Source: Nitrospirota bacterium (GTDB taxonomy: Bacteria > Nitrospirota > UBA9217). From it: a stretch of DNA of 64,000 nt. How positions within the stretch are numbered: the first letter of the stretch is position 1; each line of letters starts with the position of its first letter. Location of the stretch: contig JBBIMH010000017.1 in NCBI GenBank assembly GCA_037444505.1, positions 1,516 through 65,515 of the forward strand. The letters are read 5' to 3'. Below are positions 36,320 through 45,418 of this stretch, one piece after another. The translations under genes were made by a program, and so were the position numbers. The notes beneath the pieces were generated by a model that searched no databases, was not told the DNA's origin, and was given only the letters and a program-made list of their open reading frames with translations.

Positions 36320-37242
36320 TACTTGCGGGCATAGATATCGGAACCAATACCATCCGCCTGCTCATTTCGGAAGTACAGGAGAGCTGTATCCGCCAACTTT
36401 ATTCAGACAGACGTACGACCCGACTCGGCCAGGACCTCGAGAAGAACGGTGCGCTTTCATCCGACGCGGAAGACCGCTCCATTAAAGTGCTCGCTGAGTT
36501 CGGGGGGATGATAAGAGATTTCGGATCTGAAGCCGTCTATGCCGTCGGAACGAGCGCCTTGCGCAGGGCCTCCAATGCAGCGGGTTTCACGGCCAGGGTG
36601 AAGGAGGTGACAGGCATCGAGATAAATGTCGTAGACGGAGAGGAAGAGGCCCGGCTCACCATTCTCGGCGTATCAGCCTCGCTCGGCGGCATCGAAGACT
36701 CCATGGTCATAGACATAGGAGGGGGGAGCACCGAGATCATCATTGCGAGCGGGCATGGGCCTCCACGCGCAAAGAGCCTCCAGCTCGGTGCAGTATATCT
36801 CACAGAGGCGTACATTCGGCATGACCCGCCGGGAGATGATGAGCTGAACGCACTGAGAAACTTCGTACGAGAGGGGCTCGCATCATTTGACAGCTTGGTC
36901 GGCTCTCGTCCGCCCGGTAGCCTCATCGGCACGGCAGGCACCGTAACCACCCTCGCGGCAATGGACCAGGGGCTTGCATGCTATGAGCCGGACAGGATAA
37001 ACAACTATATACTCACGCGGGAGGCGATAGGCCATATGGTGTCAGAGCTCGGTCGCATGACCCTGGCGGACAGACGCGGTATCAAAGGTCTCGAGCCCGG
37101 GAGAGAGGATATAATACTTGCCGGCGGGCTTGTCGTCCATGAGATAATGCAGAGATACGGATATGACAAGATGAAGGTGAGCGACTGGGGGCTTCGCGAG
37201 GGCATCGTCCTCGCTTTGTACCATAGGATGACGAGGGGCTGA
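36316..37242 (+). CDS. Ppx/GppA family phosphatase (short, two-domain form)
   Basis: N-terminal ILAGIDIGTNTIRLLISEV and the ASKHA-fold motifs DIGGGSTE and GTAGTVTT. 308 aa. Confidence 0.88.
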   Translation: MILAGIDIGTNTIRLLISEVQESCIRQLYSDRRTTRLGQDLEKNGALSSDAEDRSIKVLAEFGGMIRDFGSEAVYAVGTSALRRASNAAGFTARVKEVTGIEINVVDGEEEARLTILGVSASLGGIEDSMVIDIGGGSTEIIIASGHGPPRAKSLQLGAVYLTEAYIRHDPPGDDELNALRNFVREGLASFDSLVGSRPPGSLIGTAGTVTTLAAMDQGLACYEPDRINNYILTREAIGHMVSELGRMTLADRRGIKGLEPGREDIILAGGLVVHEIMQRYGYDKMKVSDWGLREGIVLALYHRMTRG

Positions 37243-37273
37243 GCGCGAGGTCATTGTTCGGGGGCGGATAGAT

Positions 37274-38644
37274 ATGGAGCAGGCGCGTGTATTGATAATG
37301 GACGACGAGGCAGGGGAGCGCCAGAGAATCGGCGGATACCTTGAAGCAAAGGGCCACGAGGTAGTGGGTGTAGGCTCTGTGGAGGAGGCGGTTGCGGCGA
37401 TACGCCGGGAGCGATTCGATGTCTTTCTTACGGACTGCAATATTCCGGGAGTGGATGCCCTGCGTACTTCTGAGGATGCGCGGAGGATAAATCCGGATAT
37501 GGCGGTGATCATCATGACCGCCTACGGGACCATAGAGACTGCTGTGAAGGCCATAAAGGCAGGGGCGTATGATTATCTCCCGAAACCCGTGGATCCCGAG
37601 CAGGTGGCGCTGCTTATAGAGCGCATTACCGAGCGCAGAAATCTCATAAGCGAGAACCGGCTTCTTAAGGAGCAGCTCAAGGACAGATACAAGTTCGAAG
37701 AGATAGTGAGCGCGAGCCGAGCAATGGAGGACGTCTTGAACGTTGTGGGCAGGGTGGCGGGCAGCAACGCCACCGTGCTTTTGCGTGGGGAGAGCGGAAC
37801 AGGAAAGGAGCTTATAGCAAAGGCCGTTCATTATCACAGCCCCAGGGCAGGCTATCCGCTCATAAAGGTGAACTGCGCCGCATTGCCGGAGACCTTGCTC
37901 GAGAGCGAGCTCTTCGGCCATGAAAAAGGCGCCTTTACCGGCGCGGCCTTTCGGCGGATAGGGAGATTCGAGGCGGCGGACAAAGGGACCATATTACTCG
38001 ACGAGATCGGTGATCTCACCTTAGGCATGCAGGTGAAACTTCTGCGCGTATTGCAGGAGAAGGAATTCGAAAGGCTGGGCGGAAACCATACTATAAGGGT
38101 GGACGTGCGCGTCATAGCGGCGACGAACAGGGACCTCGAAAAGGCGATGAAGGAAGGAAAATTCAGGGATGATCTGTACTATCGTCTCAATGTAGTGTCC
38201 GTGGTCATCCCGCCGCTACGCGAAAGGAAAGAAGACATACCGGCGCTCATCGACTATTTCATAAAGAAATACGGTGAAGAGAACAGCAAAAAGATATCGG
38301 GCCTGACGCTTGAGGCCAGGGACATGCTCATGCGCTACGACTACCCCGGAAATGTCAGGGAACTCGAGAATATAATAGAAAGGGCAGTCGTGCTTTCGAA
38401 GGGAGGGACCATCTCCGTCTCTGACCTGCCCATTCATATGCGGGTGCCTGCAAGAGATGTCTCGATGGATTTTAGGTCATCGGAAGGCAACCTCAACAAG
38501 ACGCTGGAGACCATAGAGCGCAGGCTCATACTCGAGGCGCTCAAAGAGACGGGCGGTGTCCAGACCCGGGCCGCAGAGAGGCTCGGCATCAGCGAGCGCG
38601 TGCTCAGATACAAGCTCAAGAAGTACAGGATAAAAGACCAGTAG
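37274..38644 (+). CDS. Sigma-54-dependent response regulator (NtrC family)
   Basis: Receiver domain (DDE...FLTD...KP), AAA+ domain with Walker A GESGTGKE and the GAFTGA loop, and a C-terminal Fis-type HTH. No adjacent histidine kinase. Confidence 0.95.
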   Translation: MEQARVLIMDDEAGERQRIGGYLEAKGHEVVGVGSVEEAVAAIRRERFDVFLTDCNIPGVDALRTSEDARRINPDMAVIIMTAYGTIETAVKAIKAGAYDYLPKPVDPEQVALLIERITERRNLISENRLLKEQLKDRYKFEEIVSASRAMEDVLNVVGRVAGSNATVLLRGESGTGKELIAKAVHYHSPRAGYPLIKVNCAALPETLLESELFGHEKGAFTGAAFRRIGRFEAADKGTILLDEIGDLTLGMQVKLLRVLQEKEFERLGGNHTIRVDVRVIAATNRDLEKAMKEGKFRDDLYYRLNVVSVVIPPLRERKEDIPALIDYFIKKYGEENSKKISGLTLEARDMLMRYDYPGNVRELENIIERAVVLSKGGTISVSDLPIHMRVPARDVSMDFRSSEGNLNKTLETIERRLILEALKETGGVQTRAAERLGISERVLRYKLKKYRIKDQ

Positions 38645-38710
38645 TAGTGTTCAGCGGCGCATCCGGGAGATCATACGCCCGCCGATTTCTGTCCTTTGCC
38701 CCCGCGCATT

Positions 38711-39022
38711 CTATTCCTGATGGCACTTCGAGCAGTTTTCCCGCAATTTCAGATCGAAGGCCTCCTTCCCGTTATGGCACTTGCCGCAGAAATCCCCTTT
38801 GGTAAGGGCTTGCATGTTCATCTTATACGATTTTGCAGCGGTCTGGAAGAGGTGGAAGTGGCAGTTGGTGCACTTCTGGCCCTTGAGATTGACATGGTAT
38901 TCGTGCCGGAAGATGACAGGGCTGGCGTTCTTCGGCTTGTACTTGATGTCTCCACCGCCTATCTTTGCAAAGACGAGCACAGGACAGATAAAAAGAAGGA
39001 CGACGATGAGTCTCATCTTCAT
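38711..39022 (-). CDS. Periplasmic triheme c-type cytochrome (c7/c3 family), paralog A
   Basis: Signal peptide and three CxxCH motifs (CTNCH, CGKCH, CSKCH). 103 aa. Confidence 0.88.
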   Translation of the reverse strand: MKMRLIVVLLFICPVLVFAKIGGGDIKYKPKNASPVIFRHEYHVNLKGQKCTNCHFHLFQTAAKSYKMNMQALTKGDFCGKCHNGKEAFDLKLRENCSKCHQE

Positions 39023-39171
39023 ACGAACATCCTTCGTTTATGGGTATATCGTCAAAAACAAGCCGCACACAGAGCATTTTATTGATTTGATGCGGTTCCT
39101 CGGTGGGCTCTGTGGTTTACTCTCTTTTTTCATGAAACTTTCGACATTACCTTATCTCTGCGCTATAGATA

Positions 39172-39480
39172 TTATTTTCTCTTGTGGCAGCGCGCGCAGT
39201 TTTTGGTGTTCTGCGCGTCGAATGCCTTCATCCCGTTGTGACAATACGTGCAGAAGTCCATCTTTGTGAGCTTCTCGCGCTTCATCTGGTAACTGCTGCC
39301 GACCTTTTCGAACACGTGGAAATGGCAGGCTCCGCATCTCACCCCCCTTGCCTTGGTATGGAAATCGTGACTGAAAAAGACAGGATCCATATTGGGAGGG
39401 TTGAATTGTATGTCGCCATCCGAGGCATATACACTGGCGGCCGTCAGGATGGCAATGAGCAGAACTATAGAGCGTTTCAT
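39172..39480 (-). CDS. Periplasmic triheme c-type cytochrome, paralog B
   Basis: Signal peptide and CGACH, CTYCH, CARCH motifs. Its start lies 10 nt downstream of the paralog C stop. Confidence 0.88.
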   Translation of the reverse strand: MKRSIVLLIAILTAASVYASDGDIQFNPPNMDPVFFSHDFHTKARGVRCGACHFHVFEKVGSSYQMKREKLTKMDFCTYCHNGMKAFDAQNTKNCARCHKRK

Positions 39481-39490
39481 GATATTCTCC

Positions 39491-39808
39491 CTATTTGTGA
39501 CATTTCGCGCACTGGGTTGTATCCTTTACATCGAATGCCTTTTCGCCGTTGTGGCATTTACCGCAGAATTCGCCTTTCGATATCTTGGACATGTCCATCT
39601 TGTAAGAGTTCTTGGCCATTGGAAAGAGTTGATAATGGCATCCGGTGCACTTGAGCCCTTTTTCATTCACATGTTTCTCATGGCTGAACAGAACGGGGCC
39701 TGCATTCTTGGGCTTGAACTGGATGTCCCCGCCGCCTACGCTGCCTGCATATAAAACGAACGGCAAAGCCACTAACACCGAGATAAAAAAATACGTCGGG
39801 ACCTTCAT
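39491..39808 (-). CDS. Periplasmic triheme c-type cytochrome, paralog C
   Basis: Signal peptide and CTGCH, CGKCH, CAKCH motifs. AAGGAGG RBS 8 nt before ATG 39808; the TTG at 39814 is less likely. Confidence 0.88.
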   Translation of the reverse strand: MKVPTYFFISVLVALPFVLYAGSVGGGDIQFKPKNAGPVLFSHEKHVNEKGLKCTGCHYQLFPMAKNSYKMDMSKISKGEFCGKCHNGEKAFDVKDTTQCAKCHK

Positions 39809-39853
39809 AGGCAAGTCCTCCTTTTGGGTTTCTGTATCGCATCCATCCTGCTC

Positions 39854-39881
39854 ATTATATCATTAATAGGGATCAATTCAA
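39854..39881 (-). promoter_or_regulatory. Sigma-70 promoter candidate for the cytochrome cluster
   Basis: On the minus strand: TTGAAT (39876-39881), 16-nt spacer, TATAAT (39854-39859), 45 nt upstream of ATG 39808. Confidence 0.4.
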
Positions 39882-39991
39882 GTTTTTTGTATTCAATACA
39901 GACATGAAATGATATAATCAAAAAGGGGGTTGCACTGCCTCTGAAGCGCTCTTTTCTTGGGTCGCTAATTCATCTGTTTAGGAGTTATGAA

Positions 39992-40765
39992 ATGATCAGA
40001 GCCGAATACTTGGAAATGATAAAGACTTCCGTCGCCGGGCTCAGGCGTCCGGTGAGGCTCGCGGCCTTTACAAAGGAGTTGGGCTGCGATGGTTGCCCCG
40101 TGATGCTCGAACTTGTGCGTGAGATAAGGGCACATTCGTCGAAAATCGCATTCGAACATTATGATCTCACGATGGACCGCGACAAGGTGGAGTTGTACGG
40201 AATAGGATCGGTCCCTTCCATTGTTATTCAGGGCGGGGACGGGAGGTACGTCGTATTCTCAGGTACCGTCGAGGATGTGTTCCTCGGCGTGATGCTCGAT
40301 ACCATCGTTGCGGTATCGCAGGGAAAGGTCTGGTTTCCGGAGAGGATACGCGAGACGCTGAAGCTGCTCTCAAACGATGTGCACATCCAGGTATTCGTCG
40401 ACACGGACTGCCCTATGTGCAAACCAGTAGCGGAGACCGCCATAGGCCTTGCGCTCGAGAGCGACATGGTCTTCACCAAAATAGTGATAGCGAGCGATTT
40501 TCCGGAGCTCATCAAAAACTACTCGATAAAGACCCTTCCGAAGACTATCTTCGGAACGAATATACATATGGACGGCCATGTCTCCGAGAGCCAGTTCTTG
40601 GAGCTCATATTCAAGGCCGAGGGTCTGCGGCCGGGGATGGGAAAGAACTGTCTCATCTGCGGAAGGCCTGCGCAGGACATAATCTGCACTGCGTGCAAGA
40701 CGAAGATACAGGCAGAAGCAGTAGAACACAAGACGCGGGTGGAGAAGGGGCTCAAGACCGCGTGA
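39992..40765 (+). CDS. Two-domain thioredoxin-fold protein (glutaredoxin-like/PDO-type) with C-terminal zinc ribbon
   Basis: Two CxxC sites in separate thioredoxin-like units (CDGC, CPMC), plus a C-terminal CLICG...CTAC. AGGAG RBS upstream. Confidence 0.75.
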   Translation: MIRAEYLEMIKTSVAGLRRPVRLAAFTKELGCDGCPVMLELVREIRAHSSKIAFEHYDLTMDRDKVELYGIGSVPSIVIQGGDGRYVVFSGTVEDVFLGVMLDTIVAVSQGKVWFPERIRETLKLLSNDVHIQVFVDTDCPMCKPVAETAIGLALESDMVFTKIVIASDFPELIKNYSIKTLPKTIFGTNIHMDGHVSESQFLELIFKAEGLRPGMGKNCLICGRPAQDIICTACKTKIQAEAVEHKTRVEKGLKTA

Positions 40766-40780
40766 AAAGACGGTGCTGCC

Positions 40781-41791
40781 ATGAAGACGGCGATGTTCCA
40801 GCGGTTGGAAGCGGGAAAGAAGGTCAGGTGCGGTCTCTGCAGCCACAGATGCCTCATCCAGGACGGCAGGAGAGGGTTATGCGGCGTCCGCGAGAACCGT
40901 GACGGCGTGCTATATACCCTCGTTTACGACAAGCTCATTGCGAGAAACATAGACCCTATAGAGAAAAAGCCGCTCTTTCATTTTTTTCCGTCAAGCCTCT
41001 CGTATTCGATTGCAACACCCGGCTGCAACTTCAGGTGTCTGCACTGCCAGAATGCAGACATCTCACAGCTTCCGCGCGACACAGGCGGAACTATCGTTGG
41101 AGAGGCAGTGTCGCCCGGCCAGATAGTCGCAGCTGCGAAGGCTGCGCGGTGCGCAAGCATCTCATATACATATACAGAGCCGACGATATACTTCGAGCTT
41201 GCATATGACACGGCCAGGCTGGCTTCGGAGGGCGGTCTCAAGAACGTCTTCGTGACCAACGGTTATATTACGCCGGAGGCCTTGAAGGAGATGAGGCCTT
41301 ATCTCCATGCGGCGAACATAGACCTAAAGGGGTTTACGGAGGACTTCTACCGACGGGTCTGCGGTGCCAGGCTTGAGCCTGTGCTCGACTCCATCAGGCT
41401 TTACAAGGAGCTCGGCATATGGATAGAGATCACGACTCTCGTCATCCCAGGGCTCAATGATTCCGACGATGAGCTCAAGGCGATTGCGGGGTTCGTAAGG
41501 TCTTTGGGAGACGACGTGCCCTGGCATGTCACACGCTTTCATCCCACCTACAGACTCACGGACAGGCCGAGGACTCCGCTCGACACCTTGAGCAGGGCAA
41601 GGGAGATCGGCTTTGAGGCAGGACTCAAATATGTATATGAAGGCAATATCCCCGGGGAGGGCGAGGACACGTCATGCCCTTCGTGCCGCAAGGTCCTTGT
41701 CAGGAGAACAGGTTTTTTCGTGGAGCAGAATATCATCAAAGATGGTAAATGTCCCTATTGCAGTACATCGATCCCGGGCGTGTGGGGATAG
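40781..41791 (+). CDS. AmmeMemoRadiSam-system-type radical SAM enzyme (PflA-like activase fold)
   Basis: N-terminal CGLCSHRC...GLCGVREN, DPIEKKPLFHF, the radical SAM cluster GCNFRCLHCQN, and a C-terminal Cys pair. Confidence 0.82.
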   Translation: MKTAMFQRLEAGKKVRCGLCSHRCLIQDGRRGLCGVRENRDGVLYTLVYDKLIARNIDPIEKKPLFHFFPSSLSYSIATPGCNFRCLHCQNADISQLPRDTGGTIVGEAVSPGQIVAAAKAARCASISYTYTEPTIYFELAYDTARLASEGGLKNVFVTNGYITPEALKEMRPYLHAANIDLKGFTEDFYRRVCGARLEPVLDSIRLYKELGIWIEITTLVIPGLNDSDDELKAIAGFVRSLGDDVPWHVTRFHPTYRLTDRPRTPLDTLSRAREIGFEAGLKYVYEGNIPGEGEDTSCPSCRKVLVRRTGFFVEQNIIKDGKCPYCSTSIPGVWG

Positions 41792-41963
41792 CCTATAACG
41801 AGGAGATCATCAGGATGTTCGAAGCCGAAGATTCAGCGCGGATGATGATCATCCTCTCCCGGCTCAAGTGATCAAACAATTGAATCATTCGCGATAGCAG
41901 CGAGTCCGTCCTGTTAATCTTCTGCACGACATATGACTGCATAGGGCTTAGGGGTACCAAAGA

Positions 41964-42380
41964 GTGGATATACAGTACGAGACATTCGAGCACGAGGCGG
42001 ATATAGGCATCCGCGGATTCGGGGAAACGATAGAGGAGGCCTTTTCGAATGCCGCCCGTGCGATGTATTCTGTGATGTTCGATATTTCCAGCATCAGGCC
42101 GGTGGTGGAGCGGACCGTCACTGTTGCTGCACCGGACACTGACCTGCTGCTCATAGAGTGGCTGAATGCGCTCCTTGCACTGTCCGACATAGAGCGGATG
42201 GTATTTTCCGAATTCGAGGTGAAGATATACGGCGGCAGACTCCAGGGTAGGGCGATGGGGGAGCCGCTCGACAGAAAGCGGCACGGAGCTGTCGTAGAGG
42301 TGAAGGCCGCTACGCTCCATATGCTCAAGGTGGAGAGGATAGACGGTGGGTATGTTGCGCAGTGCGTTGTAGATGTGTAA
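41964..42380 (+). CDS. Archease (RtcB activator)
   Basis: GTG start, then YETFEHEADIGIRGFG... and a C-terminal KAATLHML motif typical of archease. It lies directly upstream of rtcB. Confidence 0.85.
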   Translation: MDIQYETFEHEADIGIRGFGETIEEAFSNAARAMYSVMFDISSIRPVVERTVTVAAPDTDLLLIEWLNALLALSDIERMVFSEFEVKIYGGRLQGRAMGEPLDRKRHGAVVEVKAATLHMLKVERIDGGYVAQCVVDV

Positions 42381-42478
42381 TATGAATAGGGCCGGCCATG
42401 TCGATGCAAAGGAAGGACGCGGCATAGTTTGACATGTCCAGAGGACGAGACGTTCGACCCTATCCTGAGGAGTCGCCT

Positions 42479-43909
42479 ATGGACCTGAAATCGCTGAATA
42501 AGATAAACGACTATGTATGGGAGATCCCTAAAACGGGAGAGATGCGCGTGCCTGGCAGGATATTCGCAAGCGAGAGGCTCGTCTCGGATATGGACGAAAA
42601 GGTGCGCGAACAGGTTATGAATGTGGCCATGCTCCCAGGCATACAGACAGCCTCTCTAGCAATGCCGGATGCCCATTGGGGCTACGGTTTCCCTATCGGA
42701 GGCGTTGCGGCCTTCGATCCCAAAGAAGGCGGCATCATTTCCATGGGCGGAGTCGGGTTCGACATATCATGCGGAGTGCGGACGATGAAGACGGGCATGA
42801 CGAGGGAAGAGATAATGCCGAATCTGGCGAAGCTCGTTGATGAACTCTTCCGCAGGGTACCGGCGGGCGTCGGCTCAGAAGGTTTGATCCGGCTCACACC
42901 ATCCCAGATAGACGAGATGCTTTTGGGAGGCGCTGCGTGGGCAGTGCAGAATGGCTACGGTGTCGAAGAAGACCTGGAGTATATAGAGGAGCACGGAAGG
43001 GTGGAGGGTGCGGATCCATCGGCAGTCTCCGAAACCGCAAAGAAAAGACAGTACAGGGAGACAGGCACGCTCGGCTCGGGCAACCACTATCTTGAGGTCC
43101 AGGTAGTGGCGGAGATATACGATGAACAGGCTGCGCAGGCCATGGGGCTCAAGAAAGAAGATGTAGTGATATCTATCCACTGCGGCTCCCGCGGGCTCGG
43201 CCACCAGATCGGCACCGACTACATAAGGGCACTCGCAGATGCGGCCCAGAGGTACAATCTTCCTATACGAGACAGAGAGCTTGCATCCGCACCCATAGAT
43301 TCAGAAGAGGGCAGGAGATATTTCGGCGCCATGAGCGCGGGCATAAACTGTGCGCTTGCCAACCGCCAGGTCATCACGCATCTCGTGCGCGAGGTCTTCC
43401 TGGATGTCTATCCAGAGGCGCGGATAAAGATGCTCTATGACATCAGCCACAATACATGTAAGGTCGAGACGCATACTATCGATGGAAAGAAGAAGCGCCT
43501 CTATGTACATCGCAAAGGCTCCACACGGGCCTGGGGCCCGGGCAGGATGGAACTTCCCATGGAATACCGCAATATCGGGCAGCCTGTCCTTATTGGCGGG
43601 ACCATGGGCACTGCGTCATATATTTTGATCGGGACGGAAGAAGGCATGAGGCAGGCCTTCGGCTCCGCCTGCCACGGCGCAGGCCGCGCCATGTCGCGTA
43701 CACAGGCCAAGAAAAGGCTGCACGGCAGGGAAGTCATAAAGGCCCTTGCAGAGCAGGGGATAATAGTCAGAGGGCATTCATACTCCGGCATCGCCGAAGA
43801 GGCGCCGGAGGCATACAAGGACGTGACAGAAGTCGTGGAGGCCACGCACCAGGCGCGCCTCGCCCGCAAGGTCGCGAAGGTAAAACCATTGGCATGCGTA
43901 AAGGGATAA
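42479..43909 (+). CDS. rtcB: RNA 3'-phosphate ligase RtcB
   Basis: RtcB motifs PDAHWGYGFPIGGV, GFDISCG, GSGNHYLE and HCGSRGLGHQ, and the nucleophile region GSACHGAGR. GAGGAG RBS upstream. Confidence 0.95.
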   Translation: MDLKSLNKINDYVWEIPKTGEMRVPGRIFASERLVSDMDEKVREQVMNVAMLPGIQTASLAMPDAHWGYGFPIGGVAAFDPKEGGIISMGGVGFDISCGVRTMKTGMTREEIMPNLAKLVDELFRRVPAGVGSEGLIRLTPSQIDEMLLGGAAWAVQNGYGVEEDLEYIEEHGRVEGADPSAVSETAKKRQYRETGTLGSGNHYLEVQVVAEIYDEQAAQAMGLKKEDVVISIHCGSRGLGHQIGTDYIRALADAAQRYNLPIRDRELASAPIDSEEGRRYFGAMSAGINCALANRQVITHLVREVFLDVYPEARIKMLYDISHNTCKVETHTIDGKKKRLYVHRKGSTRAWGPGRMELPMEYRNIGQPVLIGGTMGTASYILIGTEEGMRQAFGSACHGAGRAMSRTQAKKRLHGREVIKALAEQGIIVRGHSYSGIAEEAPEAYKDVTEVVEATHQARLARKVAKVKPLACVKG

Positions 43910-43952
43910 TCTTCGGATCCTTTAGATCCTGCTGAATTATTCGGATTACTTC

Positions 43953-45380
43953 CTATTTCGCTTCGAGAGACCTGCCTTCGCCCACACGATGGAGCTTCAA
44001 CATGTTCGTGCTTCCAGGAACGCCTACCGGAACGCCTGCTGTTATTACTATGATGTCGCCCTTTCTCACAAGGCGCCTGGCGAGCATTGCGGCCTCCACC
44101 GCCTTGATCATGTCGTCTGTTGTGTGTTTGGTCCTCAATATCAGCGGCGCAACTCCCCAGTAGAGAGAGACCTTTCTTGCTACAACCTCTGACGGGGTTG
44201 CAGCGATCACCGGCACGGAGGGCCTGTGTTTCGAGACGAGGAGCGCTGTCGCACCGGACTGAGTGAAGGCCACGATGGCCTTTGCGCCCTGCTCCTCAGC
44301 CGCGCGGCAGGCTGCATGCGCCACGCTTTCTCCCAGGCCTGCGATATGCGCGTCGGACTCGCGCGGCCTTATTGCGGCCTCGGCCTCTTCCGCTATTCGA
44401 GCCATGAATTCCACCGCCTGCACCGGATACTTTCCGACGGCGGTCTCTCCGGAGAGCATCACGCAGTCGGTCCCGTCGAGTATTGCATTCGCGACATCCG
44501 ATGCCTCTGCGCGTGTGGGCTGGGGGTTTTCTATCATGCTCTCGAGCATCTGCGTGGCTGTAATTACGGGTTTCTCGGCCTTGTTGCACGCCTCGATGAT
44601 CCTTTTCTGGAGTAGCGGGACCTTCTCTGCGGACATCTCCACTCCAAGATCTCCGCGTGCGACCATCACCCCGTCGGCGGCATGGATGATTTCATCGAGA
44701 TTGTCTATGGCCTCCGGCTTTTCTATCTTCGCTATCACAGGGACCTGGACGTCGAAATTGCCTATGTATTTCTTCAGGTTCAGAATATCCCGTGCAGTTC
44801 TCACAAAAGAGAGGGCGATGTAGTCGATGCCGTGTTCGAGCCCGAAGAGGACGTCTTGTTTGTCTTTGTCGGTCAGGGCAGGGATGGAGAGCCTCGCACC
44901 CGGCAGGTTCACACCTTTTCTGCTTTTCAACACGCCTCCGCGGATCGTCCGAGCGATCATGCCGTCCGCGGTCTTTTTTACTATTTTCAACTCTATCTTC
45001 CCGTCGTCCAGAAGCACCCTATCTCCTTTTTTCAAGTCCCTGACGATGAATGAATATGTGACCGGGATGAGAGAGGATGTCCCAAGAACGTCTCTCGATG
45101 TTATCGTGACCTTGTCTCCAACCCTCAGGAGCACTGAATCGTTTTCTATCATCCCTACCCTTATCTTGGGCCCCTGGAGGTCCTGGATGATTGCAATATG
45201 CCTTCCTGCGGATTTAGACGCCTGTCTGATCCGCTTGATCCGCTTTTCGTGCTCTCTATACTCTCCGTGCGAAAAGTTGAGCCTGGCGGCGTCAATGCCC
45301 GCCTTAATCATTTTAGATATGACCGAGGGCTTGCTCGAGTTCGGGCCTATCGTCGCAATTATCTTTGTACGCTTGGGCAT
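43953..45380 (-). CDS. pyk: Pyruvate kinase
   Basis: MPKRTKIIATIGP, the MVARGDLGVE motif and a C-terminal regulatory domain. TGGAGG RBS upstream. Confidence 0.95.
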   Translation of the reverse strand: MPKRTKIIATIGPNSSKPSVISKMIKAGIDAARLNFSHGEYREHEKRIKRIRQASKSAGRHIAIIQDLQGPKIRVGMIENDSVLLRVGDKVTITSRDVLGTSSLIPVTYSFIVRDLKKGDRVLLDDGKIELKIVKKTADGMIARTIRGGVLKSRKGVNLPGARLSIPALTDKDKQDVLFGLEHGIDYIALSFVRTARDILNLKKYIGNFDVQVPVIAKIEKPEAIDNLDEIIHAADGVMVARGDLGVEMSAEKVPLLQKRIIEACNKAEKPVITATQMLESMIENPQPTRAEASDVANAILDGTDCVMLSGETAVGKYPVQAVEFMARIAEEAEAAIRPRESDAHIAGLGESVAHAACRAAEEQGAKAIVAFTQSGATALLVSKHRPSVPVIAATPSEVVARKVSLYWGVAPLILRTKHTTDDMIKAVEAAMLARRLVRKGDIIVITAGVPVGVPGSTNMLKLHRVGEGRSLEAK

Positions 45381-45418
45381 GGATGCCTCCATAAAAAATC
45401 GAGAGCCGCGGGGATAGG

